Below are positions 51,514 to 61,031 of a stretch of 64,000 bases of DNA, one piece after another (positions within the stretch are counted from its first letter, which is position 1; each line of letters begins with the position of its first letter). The stretch is taken from positions 2,400,001 to 2,464,000 of the forward strand of contig OY969801.1 of NCBI GenBank assembly GCA_963703225.1, written 5' to 3'. The notes beneath the pieces are model-generated. The model did no database searches. It saw only the letters and a program-made list of their open reading frames with translations, and was not told where the DNA came from. The position numbers were made by a program, and so were the translations under genes. The stretch comes from Candidatus Eiseniibacteriota bacterium (GTDB lineage: Bacteria > Eisenbacteria > RBG-16-71-46 > SZUA-252).

Positions 51514-52794
51514 ATGAAAGCCATTCTGACGATCGCGATCAAAGATCTCCGAATCCTCGCCCGAGACAGGGCGGGATTCTTCTGGGTGCTCGGCTTTCCG
51601 TTCCTCCTGGCCCTCTTCTTCGGCGCCATCGCGTCAGGCGGAAGCGACAATCGCGCCCCGATGGCGATCGCGGTCGTCGATAGGGACGGAACCGACTACT
51701 CGCGGGCGTTTCTCGCGGAGCTCCGAAAATCGGAAGCGCTCAAGGTGAGCGTGGCGCCGCTCGACTCCGCGCATCAACTGGTTCGCCAAGGAAAGCTGGT
51801 CGCCTACGTCGCGCTCTGGCCCGGCGTGGGGCGCTCGTTCGGGTTTGGCGGCGACAGCGCGAGGATCGAGCTGGGGCTGGACCCCAGCCGACGGGCCGAA
51901 GCCGGCTACCTCCAGGGCCTGGTGACGGCGGCCACCTTCACGACCATGCGCAGCCAATTTTCCGCGGGCGGGGGTGGACGGGAGATGATCAGGCTTAATT
52001 TGGCGGCGCTACAGAACGACACCACGCGCTCGAGCGAAGACCGGCGCCGGCTGGCGGGCGTTCTCACGAACCTCGAGCGATTCATGGTGTCGCTCGATTC
52101 CACCGAGTCGGCTCAGGGCGCGGGCGGCGGGGCCGGCGCCGCGAACGGCGGTCCCAGGATCAAGGTCGTGGACATCGCCGAGGAGGAGACCGGACCGCGG
52201 AACGCCTTCGAGATCACGTTTCCATCCTCCGTCATGTGGGCGATGATCGGGGTCTGCATGAGCTTCGCGATTTCGATCGTGCACGAGCGGATTCGAGGGA
52301 CGTTCCTCCGTCTCCGCCTCGCCCCTATCTCCCGCGCTCAGGTGCTCGCCGGGAAGGGCCTCGCCGCGTTCGTTGCCGCCCTCGGCGCGACCACGTTGCT
52401 CCTCTTCGTCGCGGCGACATTCTTCCACGTGCGGATCACGAACCCGACGGCCCTGGCCGTGGCGCTGATCTCCGCAGCCTTTTGCTTCACGGGAATCATG
52501 ATGTTGATCTCGGTGTTCGGCCGGACCCACTCCGCGGTCGCCGGGGCCGGCTGGGCTGTGCTTCTGGTGATGTCGATGACCGGCGGGGGGATGATCCCCC
52601 TCATCGCCATGCCGGCGTGGATGCAGTCGGTGAGTAATTTCAGCTTGGTGAAGTGGGGCGTGCTGGCGGTGGAGGGAGCGATTTGGCGAGGGTTTTCGCC
52701 CGCGGAGATGGTGCTACCGGTGGCGATTCTCTTGGCCGCCGGCGTCGCGGGTTTCGCGATCGGCGCCAGCGTGCTTGCACGGTCGGAAGGATAA
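51514..52794 (+). CDS. ABC-2 type permease
   Basis: KDLR...RD, large periplasmic loop, ER..GT..RL..AP, GG...P...MP.W. Confidence 0.92.
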   Translation: MKAILTIAIKDLRILARDRAGFFWVLGFPFLLALFFGAIASGGSDNRAPMAIAVVDRDGTDYSRAFLAELRKSEALKVSVAPLDSAHQLVRQGKLVAYVALWPGVGRSFGFGGDSARIELGLDPSRRAEAGYLQGLVTAATFTTMRSQFSAGGGGREMIRLNLAALQNDTTRSSEDRRRLAGVLTNLERFMVSLDSTESAQGAGGGAGAANGGPRIKVVDIAEEETGPRNAFEITFPSSVMWAMIGVCMSFAISIVHERIRGTFLRLRLAPISRAQVLAGKGLAAFVAALGATTLLLFVAATFFHVRITNPTALAVALISAAFCFTGIMMLISVFGRTHSAVAGAGWAVLLVMSMTGGGMIPLIAMPAWMQSVSNFSLVKWGVLAVEGAIWRGFSPAEMVLPVAILLAAGVAGFAIGASVLARSEG

Positions 52795-52825
52795 GAGAAG
52801 GTTTTGGTACTCGGCCAGGGCCACC

Positions 52826-53251
52826 TCATGCGGTGGGCGGAGATGTGCCCCTCGCGGCGAGATTCCCCACCACCTTGTGATTCCAGTAGGCCAAGGGCCA
52901 GAGGATCACGAAGTACCCGGTGAAGGTAATCCCCCAGAGGACGGCCAAGACCGTCTGGAGCACCCCCTCCATTCGTCCGCGGGACGGATCCCCGAACATC
53001 AGGTCGTAGCTCGCGATCGCCAGGCCGAAGAGCGCGGCGGCGACGTAGAGCGTCAGCAGCATGATCCAGACCCGTTTCCAGGTCGACAGTCTGTACGTGG
53101 GGAGGGTGACCGCTCCCACGATCAACCCAATGATGGGTGAGGCGAGGACACCCCCCCAGAGAAACCGTCCCATCTCGTGCCCGATGAGCCACGCGACGCC
53201 GGCCCAGAGGCAACCGGATAGGGCGCAGAGCAGGTAGTAGCGGCGCGTCAC
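52826..53251 (-). CDS. Hypothetical 4-TM membrane protein
   Basis: Four hydrophobic segments; co-oriented downstream of kinase. Confidence 0.65.
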   Translation of the reverse strand: MTRRYYLLCALSGCLWAGVAWLIGHEMGRFLWGGVLASPIIGLIVGAVTLPTYRLSTWKRVWIMLLTLYVAAALFGLAIASYDLMFGDPSRGRMEGVLQTVLAVLWGITFTGYFVILWPLAYWNHKVVGNLAARGTSPPTA

Positions 53252-53278
53252 CGCCGACTCAAGCCTCGACCCGCTCCA

Positions 53279-56137
53279 TTACTTCTTCGCCGCACCGCGA
53301 AGCTTCGCCTTCAGCTCATCAAAGTAGTTGAGTGCGAGATCAAACCGCGTGATCTCGTCCTCGCCCTCTCCCTTCTGGATGGCGAGAAGCCTTCCGCCCG
53401 GGAGGAAATCGATCAGGCCGCTCACGACTCGAAGCGCGTCCAGGTCCCAGGCGACCGCGGGGACAGTCGCGCCGAGCCTGGGTGAGGCCACGATCGCCGA
53501 GGACATGATCTGATTCTGCGGCGTCAGGAAATAGACGCGCTTCCCATCTCGGCTCCAATTGAGCATCCTCTGCACGCCTCCCTGGGACACCACCAGCGGC
53601 TGCCCGGCCGGGCCACCCCGGTCCCAGGCGGATACAAACACTTCGAACTTGCCGGTCTCGTCGGATACATACGCGATCATGCGGCCGTCCGGAGAAAAGA
53701 ATCCTCCGCCATAGCTCGCGGGGCCGCGAAACACGGGCTTGGCCTCCACCTCTTGGAGCGACGTGGCCGGTGCCGTCAGGAGGGCGAACTTGCCGGCATG
53801 GACACGGGTCAGGAGGAGTTCGCTGCCATCCGGAGACCACGAGTTGGGGAAGATCGCATTGTTCTCATCGGACTTCACGAGCCTCCGCGGCGGAGCGCTC
53901 GCGTCGGCGCTCGCCATGTAGATCCCGTTCACGTCTCCACGCCCAATCTGCGAGTATGCGAATCGGGTTCCATCGGGTGACCAGGTCGCTTGGCTGCAGT
54001 CTACCCCCGGGACGCCGACCACGCGGCGCGATGCCGTCTGTCCGCGATACGATACCCAAATTTCATAAATCGCCCCCGCGTCGGCGATGACGCTGGCGAA
54101 ACGAGTTCCATCCGGCGAGGCGCTCAGGTCCGCCTCGAACGGCTGGCGCTCCCCTGACCAGTCCGAGGTCTTGCCGTCCGCGTCGACGATGACCGCGCGG
54201 CGATTCTGCCCGACATTCCCCCCCGAAACGTAGAGGAGCGATCCGTCCGAGGCGGTCTTAAACTCCGCGTTGCCCCAGGTGGCGTTGACGCGAAGGCCAC
54301 CCTGAAGCGCGACCGGAGAGCCTTTCACAACGAGGCGGTTGAGATCGAACGGCACCGCGAGCAACGCGTCGCGCCTGGAGAACAACAGGTGCCCTGTTGG
54401 CGAGTACTCGGCAAACCCGGCGTCGCGCAGGAGGATTTTCGCCTTCCCTGATTTGAGGTCCAGAGCACCGACGGCGATTTGGAAGACGCCCTCCTGGTAG
54501 GAGGTCGCGGTGAACAGCACGCCCCGATCACCCGGGAGCAGTTTTCGGAACGTATATTCGCCCTCAAAGCCAGGTGCAGAAAGCGGCAGCGGCTTCGATG
54601 GCGCGCCGCCGTCCGCCGGGATGCGCACGTACTGCCTCCCGCTTGATGTGACCATGAGAATATCGCCCGACGCCAGCCAGATCGGCCTGCGGTCCCACTC
54701 GTCGTCCGCCTTCACGACTGGGACGGGCGGGGAGCTCCCGTCGAGGGGCACCTTCGACAATTGTCGCTGCGTCGTCCGCTCGGAGATTGGAGCTAGAAAG
54801 AGGACCCACTTTCCGTCCTCGCTGAATGTGAGGCTAACGACACCCTCGGTGCCGGCGAGGGGTCGAAACGCGGTTTCGTCCATCCGCCGAGCATAGAGGC
54901 GAGGCTGCGGGTAGTCTCCGGTCGGCGACTTGCGAGGCTGCCCCAAAATCAGAAACGTGCGCCCGTCCGGCGAAAGAATTCCACTCAAAGCACGAATGTC
55001 TTCCGGAATGGAGACCGACACGCGCGTGACGCCGTGGCTACGGGCACCACCGCTCGAGCCGGGTCCAAATTTGCCCCAAAGGTTTATGGCGAGGGCCGCC
55101 CCCAGGATGATCCCCAGGCCGAAGAGCACGCCGCCGCGAAGGTCGAATCCCTTCTTCACGGGAGCCGCCGCGACCGTTGCCTGCGGACCGCCACGCCCCG
55201 CCCTCAATTCCTCGATCGCGAGCCTCGCGTCACCGATGTCCCGGAGCCTTTTCTTCGCGTCCTTCTCGAGGCACCGGTGCAAGAGCGCGCGGATCGGCTC
55301 CGGAGTTTGTCTTGGCAGCCGCGACCAGTCGACGTCTCGCTCCAAGATCTTCGCGATCGTGTCCGATACCGTTTCCCCCTCGAATGCCAGCCTACCGGTG
55401 AGGCATTCGTAGAGCACGCAACCGAACGACCAAATGTCGGTGCGCCGGTCGACCGGCTTCCCCCTTGCCTGCTCGGGCGAGAGATAGGCCGCCGTGCCGA
55501 GGATCACTCCTGGCATCGTCGCCGGCGAGTGAAAGGTGGGCGAGTGCGGCAGCGTGGGAGACTGGGCGATGGTCGGCGATTGCGGGAGCACCGGCGATTG
55601 GGCCATCGAGTGCGAGCTGGGAATCGTGGGCGATTGGGCGGGGTCGGAGTCGGACGCCACCTTCCCCTTCGCCAGCCCGAAGTCGAGGACCTTCACCACG
55701 TCGTGCGGCGTGATCATCACGTTCCCGGGTTTCAAATCCCGGTGGATGATCCCGCCCTCGTGCGCGGCTTCGAGGCCCGCCGCGATCTGATGGCAGATAT
55801 CGAGCGTGTCGGCCAAGGGCATCGGCCCGCGCGCCAGCCGCTCCGCGAGCGACTGCCCTTCCACGTGCTCGAGGATCAAGTAGCGCGCGCCGGCGCTCTC
55901 CTCCACGCCGTAAATCGCCGCGATGTTCGGATGGCTGAGCGAGGCCAGCACCTTGGCCTCGCGTTCAAAGCGTTGCAGCCGGTCCGGGTCCGCCGCCACG
56001 TCGAGCGGCAGGGACTTGATCGCGACGGCGCGGTCGAGCCGTGTGTCTCGCCCCAGAAAGACGACGCCCATGCCTCCACGACCGATCTCGCGGTCGATCC
56101 GATAGGGGCCGATGGTCGCGGGAACCATGGTCGTCAC
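53279..56137 (-). CDS. Hanks-type Ser/Thr kinase with TM and TolB-like beta-propellers
   Basis: IGRGGMG, VAIK, HRDLKP.N, DFGLAK, YLSPEQ, DIWSFG; SPDG repeats; GTG 56137 with GAGGA RBS. Confidence 0.93.
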   Translation of the reverse strand: MTTMVPATIGPYRIDREIGRGGMGVVFLGRDTRLDRAVAIKSLPLDVAADPDRLQRFEREAKVLASLSHPNIAAIYGVEESAGARYLILEHVEGQSLAERLARGPMPLADTLDICHQIAAGLEAAHEGGIIHRDLKPGNVMITPHDVVKVLDFGLAKGKVASDSDPAQSPTIPSSHSMAQSPVLPQSPTIAQSPTLPHSPTFHSPATMPGVILGTAAYLSPEQARGKPVDRRTDIWSFGCVLYECLTGRLAFEGETVSDTIAKILERDVDWSRLPRQTPEPIRALLHRCLEKDAKKRLRDIGDARLAIEELRAGRGGPQATVAAAPVKKGFDLRGGVLFGLGIILGAALAINLWGKFGPGSSGGARSHGVTRVSVSIPEDIRALSGILSPDGRTFLILGQPRKSPTGDYPQPRLYARRMDETAFRPLAGTEGVVSLTFSEDGKWVLFLAPISERTTQRQLSKVPLDGSSPPVPVVKADDEWDRRPIWLASGDILMVTSSGRQYVRIPADGGAPSKPLPLSAPGFEGEYTFRKLLPGDRGVLFTATSYQEGVFQIAVGALDLKSGKAKILLRDAGFAEYSPTGHLLFSRRDALLAVPFDLNRLVVKGSPVALQGGLRVNATWGNAEFKTASDGSLLYVSGGNVGQNRRAVIVDADGKTSDWSGERQPFEADLSASPDGTRFASVIADAGAIYEIWVSYRGQTASRRVVGVPGVDCSQATWSPDGTRFAYSQIGRGDVNGIYMASADASAPPRRLVKSDENNAIFPNSWSPDGSELLLTRVHAGKFALLTAPATSLQEVEAKPVFRGPASYGGGFFSPDGRMIAYVSDETGKFEVFVSAWDRGGPAGQPLVVSQGGVQRMLNWSRDGKRVYFLTPQNQIMSSAIVASPRLGATVPAVAWDLDALRVVSGLIDFLPGGRLLAIQKGEGEDEITRFDLALNYFDELKAKLRGAAKK

Positions 56138-56144
56138 GTGGTCC

Positions 56145-56531
56145 TCAAGCGCTCGCCTTTTCGCCGCGAAGGTTCTCGATCCACCAGTCGGCTTCGGCCG
56201 AAGTGCGGAAGGGGCGAAGCTTGCAGACGTCCTCCACCAACATTTCAAGCATGCGCATCATGCCGAAGGCGAGATCCGAGTCGACAATGATCGCCGCCGC
56301 GCCGAGGCGGCTCTCCTTGCTCATCGCGCGCATCGTCTCCACGACGGTCCGGACATCGGAGGCCGAGAAGTGAGGCTCCGCAGCCCGCGCGTCGCAGACC
56401 TCGGGGTAGCTAAGCGCTCCCTGGTCGCGCCCATGCTCGAGGTGAAGTCGAATGTCCTCCATCGTGATGGGACCTTCGGCCGTGGCGTAGATCTCACGGC
56501 GTTCGTGATCGATCCGAGTCGTGAATCCCAT
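56145..56531 (-). CDS. STAS/SEC14-like (SpoIIAA-like) small protein
   Basis: G.IT..D, AIIV.SDLAFGMMRM, F.T..EA..W pattern. Confidence 0.65.
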   Translation of the reverse strand: MGFTTRIDHERREIYATAEGPITMEDIRLHLEHGRDQGALSYPEVCDARAAEPHFSASDVRTVVETMRAMSKESRLGAAAIIVDSDLAFGMMRMLEMLVEDVCKLRPFRTSAEADWWIENLRGEKASA

Positions 56532-56560
56532 ACATACCCCCCAGCTTGAAATTGAGACCG

Positions 56561-59425
56561 CTACTTCCTCGCGGCTTGGAGCCGCTGCTTCACTACCTGG
56601 TCAAACCCGAACGCAACATCGACCTGCTTCACATCGCCCTCGTTATCGCCTCTGCGGACGGCGAGGAACGATCCATTTGGCAGGATATCCCCCATCCAAT
56701 CGAGCAACCCCAGTGATCCAGAATCCCAGACCAGTCTGGGCTCCGAAGCGCTGAGCCTCGGCTCGCGCGCGATCGTGACTGACATTACTTTGTACGGTGT
56801 CGATGTCCGGTAATAGAGCTGCTTCCCGTCGGCCGCCCACCGCGAAGCACCCCCACCACCGGGCGAGACCAACAGCGGGCGGGACGCGATTCCAGTGGGA
56901 CCGAATTCGCAAACATAGACCTCGCTGGAGCCGGATTCATCGGAGGCGTAGGCGAGGAGCCTTCCGTCTCGCGAGAGCTCGCTTGCGACGACGTGCGCTC
57001 CCCCATTGGGGAAAAGAGGTCGAGTCGCCCCACCGTTTGGTCCGTGCGGATCGGTGGGGACCACCAGGAACGTCGGTCTACCCCCGGTATTTCGGGCCAC
57101 AAGGACCGCCGTGCCATCCGACGTCCATGAGTACGCCCGAATGTACTCCTCGTGGTCGGCCTTGCAGACGAGGCGGGTCGGGGAAGATCCTTCCAAATCG
57201 GCAATGTAGATACCGTCGGTATCGGCGCCCGCGAACTGGGTGTACGCGATCCAACGTCCATCCCCAGACCAAATGGGGTCCTCGCAGTCGACTCCCTCGA
57301 CGGCAATGGCGCGTCGAGAAGTCGGCCGGTGCCTCTCGGAGACCCAAATCTCATCGATCGCGCTCGGGTTGGCGATCACCGCCGCGAATCGGCTCCCATC
57401 CGGTGAGGCTCGCAGTCCGCCCTGAAACGGCCGTCGTTCACCCGACCACTCAGAGATAGTTCCATTGGCGTCCACCGTGATCGCGCGGCGGTCGCGCGAG
57501 ATGTCTCCCCCCGATCGATAGAAAAGAGCGCCGTTTGAGGCAAGCCTGGCATCGGAATGGGTGTACGAACCGTCGACCGCGAGTTCATCCAGAACAGCCA
57601 CCGGATCGCCTTTGAGTTCAAGTCGGCCCAGGTCAAATGGGGCGGCGAGCAGCCTGTCGCCGCGGGTGAACGCGATAAAGCCCGCACCCACGTAGTTAGG
57701 GCTCCCTCCGTCCTGGACGAGCATCTTTGCGGTTCCCGTCTTGAGGTCAAGGACGCCGAATCCCAAATGAAACACGCGGCCCGAGTAGCCACGCGTCGCA
57801 AAGAAGACCGCTCGATCGTCCGGAAGCGGATAACCGAAACTGCTAAGGGTCCCGTCGAACCCGGCGATCCTGAGCTCCTTCGGTGCCGAGACGGCTCCGT
57901 TGGGTGCGATTCGAACATACGACTTACCCACGCCCGAGACGCCGAGGATCTCGCCCGAAGCCAGCCAAGCCGGGTACCCCTGGGCGTCATCAGGCAGATC
58001 GCAGATCTGGGTGGGCGGCGCGGTGCCGCCCACCGGAACCTTGTAGAGACGAAGTCTTGTCGAGTTTGGTGCGATGGGCGCCACGTAGGCCACACTCCTA
58101 GAGTCGTGGCTGACGGCAGCGAAGAACCGCGCGCCTTCGGTGCCCTTGATCGGCGTGAAGTCGGGGCTCTCGATCCGACGCACATAGATCCTTCTTTCCG
58201 GCACGCCCTTCTCGCCAGGCGGTGTCGCGCCCGCACTCTCGGCGCCGCGCGGCGAAGCGATGATCAAAATCGAACTGCCGTCTCCGGCAATCATTCCATC
58301 CACGAACCGAAGCTGCTCTGGGATCGGAACCGAAACCATGGCGCGCATCGGGCTGACGCTCCGGGCCTTGGATCCGAGGACGTTCGCGATCGCCATGGCC
58401 GCGAGAACACCGATCACAATGAGCGCTCGGCCCCTGCCTGCAAAGAGGCGCTCCAAGCCGCCTCCTCGGGCAGCCTGCGCTCCCGCGGCATCGACCACGC
58501 CCGACGCGTCGCGACCCGACTTTACCTCGTCGATCACCAGCCGCGCGTCGCCGATATCCCGAAGCCGGCGCTTGGGGTCCTTCTCCAGGCACCGCCCAAT
58601 CAGCTCCCGGATCCGGGGCGGCGTCTGCCGGGGCAGCCGTGACCAATCGACTTCCCGCTCGAGGATCTTCGCGATTGTGTCCGATGCCGTCTCTCCCTCG
58701 AACGCTCGGGTCCCCGTGAGGCATTCGTAGAGCACGCAGCCGAACGCCCAGATGTCGGTCCGCCGGTCGACCGGTTTTCCCCGCGCCTGCTCGGGTGAGA
58801 GATAGGCCGCGGTGCCCAGGATCACCCCGGGCATCGTCGCGGGCGATTGGATCGTCGGCGAATGCGCGAGGGTCGGCGAGCTGGGAAGCGGAGTCGGGGA
58901 GGTGGGATAGGATGGCGAATCGGCGAGCCCCGAGTCCGCGGTCACCCGCCCCTTCGCCAACCCGAAGTCGACCAGCTTCACCTGATCGGACGGCGTGATC
59001 ATCACGTTTGCCGGCTTCAAGTCCCGGTGGATGATGCCCCCTTCGTGCGCCGCCTCGAGACCCGCCGCGATCTGATGGCCGATGTCGAGAACGTCCGAAA
59101 GCGGCAGCCGGCCGCCCGCCAGGCGCTCCGCCAGCGACTCCCCTTCGACGTGTTCCAGTATCAGGTAGCGCGCGCCGCCGCTCTCCTCCACGCCGTGGAT
59201 CGCCGCGATGTTGGGGTGGCTGAGCGAGGCCAATACCTTCGCCTCCCGCTCGAACCGCTGGAGCCGCTCGGGGTCCGCGGCGACCTCCGGGGGCAGCGCC
59301 TTGATCGCAACGGGGCGATCGAGCCGGGTGTCGTGCCCGAGAAATACCACACCCATTCCGCCGCGGCCGATCTCGCGGTCGATCCGGTAGGGCCCGATGC
59401 TTGTCGGTATCGTCGTCGGCATCAC
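56561..59425 (-). CDS. Second Hanks-type Ser/Thr kinase with TM and TolB-like propellers
   Basis: Same kinase motifs; kinase domain very similar to 53279..56137, propellers diverged. Confidence 0.93.
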   Translation of the reverse strand: MMPTTIPTSIGPYRIDREIGRGGMGVVFLGHDTRLDRPVAIKALPPEVAADPERLQRFEREAKVLASLSHPNIAAIHGVEESGGARYLILEHVEGESLAERLAGGRLPLSDVLDIGHQIAAGLEAAHEGGIIHRDLKPANVMITPSDQVKLVDFGLAKGRVTADSGLADSPSYPTSPTPLPSSPTLAHSPTIQSPATMPGVILGTAAYLSPEQARGKPVDRRTDIWAFGCVLYECLTGTRAFEGETASDTIAKILEREVDWSRLPRQTPPRIRELIGRCLEKDPKRRLRDIGDARLVIDEVKSGRDASGVVDAAGAQAARGGGLERLFAGRGRALIVIGVLAAMAIANVLGSKARSVSPMRAMVSVPIPEQLRFVDGMIAGDGSSILIIASPRGAESAGATPPGEKGVPERRIYVRRIESPDFTPIKGTEGARFFAAVSHDSRSVAYVAPIAPNSTRLRLYKVPVGGTAPPTQICDLPDDAQGYPAWLASGEILGVSGVGKSYVRIAPNGAVSAPKELRIAGFDGTLSSFGYPLPDDRAVFFATRGYSGRVFHLGFGVLDLKTGTAKMLVQDGGSPNYVGAGFIAFTRGDRLLAAPFDLGRLELKGDPVAVLDELAVDGSYTHSDARLASNGALFYRSGGDISRDRRAITVDANGTISEWSGERRPFQGGLRASPDGSRFAAVIANPSAIDEIWVSERHRPTSRRAIAVEGVDCEDPIWSGDGRWIAYTQFAGADTDGIYIADLEGSSPTRLVCKADHEEYIRAYSWTSDGTAVLVARNTGGRPTFLVVPTDPHGPNGGATRPLFPNGGAHVVASELSRDGRLLAYASDESGSSEVYVCEFGPTGIASRPLLVSPGGGGASRWAADGKQLYYRTSTPYKVMSVTIAREPRLSASEPRLVWDSGSLGLLDWMGDILPNGSFLAVRRGDNEGDVKQVDVAFGFDQVVKQRLQAARK

Positions 59426-59727
59426 TCCCCGGATTGCATCGCCTTCAGGAGCTCCTGCGCCCTGTGATTCTCGGGATCCAGCTCCAGGGCGTGCTTGTTG
59501 CTGGCGATCGCGGCCGTCTTGTCACCCTTCAGGGCCTGGAGCATGCCGAGGAGGCTGAAGCTGTCGGCATCCTTGGGGTCTTCCTCGATACTCACATTCA
59601 CGATCGAGATCGCTCCGTCGGGGTCGTTTCGGTCGTGGGCCACCCACTCGGCGAGGTCGTGGAGTGAAAGAGGACTGAAGTCGTAAGCTCCGGTGCCGTA
59701 GTATTTCGCGCGGAGGTCCTCATCCAT
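59422..59727 (-). CDS. TPR-domain fragment (possibly truncated gene)
   Basis: LR.KYYG.GAYDF then TPR-like A....ALELDPEN..A; no RBS or N-terminal domain. Confidence 0.5.
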   Translation of the reverse strand: MDEDLRAKYYGTGAYDFSPLSLHDLAEWVAHDRNDPDGAISIVNVSIEEDPKDADSFSLLGMLQALKGDKTAAIASNKHALELDPENHRAQELLKAMQSGE

Positions 59728-59792
59728 ACAAGCCAGAGAGCACGATTGAGGCGAGCGACGCGAGGAACAGTCGGGACCATACCAGGGGCTCC

Positions 59793-61028
59793 ATGAACTC
59801 TCCTAGGTTGTGGAAGAGGGCCGAAGGCGGGGTGCGGAGAGAGAATAGCAGGCGCGGCATCCCTTTTCAGCGCCCGGAATTGCCCGCGCGGCGGATCTCC
59901 GGCCCGCGAGGACGCCTTGCCTCCTGCGTCCTCGCGGTGCTGGCCCTATGTGGCGCGGGCTCAGGCGCCGCCTCCGACACCCTATCCTCCGCCGATTCGC
60001 TCCGTCTCATTCCCGTGGGGCGATTCGACTTCGTGGCCACGGACAACCCGGACGTTTCGCTCCTGCCGGAAGGATTGAGCGCCATCGCATGGCAGGGCGA
60101 CGACCACTATCTTGCCGTGGGCGACGAGCACGCCTGCCTTCACCGGCTCACCGTCCAGGTCGATCCCAAGACCGGCCGCGTTCTGGGCGCGAAATTCGGA
60201 GCTCCGGTCCGGTTAACCGACTCGCTCGGCGTTCCGATCCCGGACATCATATCGGGCAAGGATCGTGAGGGGCTCGCGCTCGAGCCTGCGACCGAGTCGG
60301 TCTGGATCGCCAATGAGTGGACCGGAGCGGACGTCCACCATCCTTCCGTCGCGAAGCATGACATCAAGACCGGACGGATGCTGGCGCTCGTGCGCACGGA
60401 CAGCGACTCTTTATTGCAAGTATTCGGCCGCATCCGCTACAACCTCGGCTTTGAATCGCTCACGAGGAAGTTCGATGGATCAGGGTACTGGACGGCCAAT
60501 GAGGGTCCGCTCCTGGTGGACAGCCGTCGCGTCACGGACTCCACAGGCGCCGTCGTACGTCTCCTGAGCTTTGACGGCGCCATGCATCCGGCAGCCCAGT
60601 ACGCGTACCGAATCGATTCCTTCTCCCGGCGAATCTCCTCCCCGTTTTTTCTAGCAGGAAGCGAGGTGAACGGGCTCTCCGAGCTGGCGGCGCTGCCCGA
60701 CGGCCGCCTCCTGGCGCTCGAGCGGGCATTCGCCGGCGATTCGACCGGCGCCGCGAATTTCAGAGACCGGATCTATCTGGTCGACACGGCCGGGGCCACC
60801 GATGTCTCCCGCGGGGATCTGGCGGGAGGGCTCAACGGGAGGACCTACACACCCGCGCGGAAGACGATGCTCTGGGAGATGAACTCGGGGTTCACGAATT
60901 CCAACTTCGAGGGCATGACCCTGGCTGGGCGGCTCGACGACGGCGCCCAGCTGCTGCTCCTCATCGCCGATAACGACAAGGGGCGCAGCCAGGCGCTTTA
61001 CTCGCTCCGGCTCGTGGGATTGAAGTAG
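59793..61028 (+). CDS. Esterase-like activity of phytase family beta-propeller
   Basis: GLSAI, DREGL, NLGFESLT, NGLSEL.AL, LLALER, NFEGMTL, IADN; start uncertain. Confidence 0.82.
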   Translation: MNSPRLWKRAEGGVRRENSRRGIPFQRPELPARRISGPRGRLASCVLAVLALCGAGSGAASDTLSSADSLRLIPVGRFDFVATDNPDVSLLPEGLSAIAWQGDDHYLAVGDEHACLHRLTVQVDPKTGRVLGAKFGAPVRLTDSLGVPIPDIISGKDREGLALEPATESVWIANEWTGADVHHPSVAKHDIKTGRMLALVRTDSDSLLQVFGRIRYNLGFESLTRKFDGSGYWTANEGPLLVDSRRVTDSTGAVVRLLSFDGAMHPAAQYAYRIDSFSRRISSPFFLAGSEVNGLSELAALPDGRLLALERAFAGDSTGAANFRDRIYLVDTAGATDVSRGDLAGGLNGRTYTPARKTMLWEMNSGFTNSNFEGMTLAGRLDDGAQLLLLIADNDKGRSQALYSLRLVGLK

Positions 61029-61031
61029 CCC

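Noticed and set aside
58880..58924. Similarity of SPSYPTSPT to the RNA polymerase II CTD heptad
   Set aside because: Single short low-complexity match; convergence is sufficient, no homology claim possible
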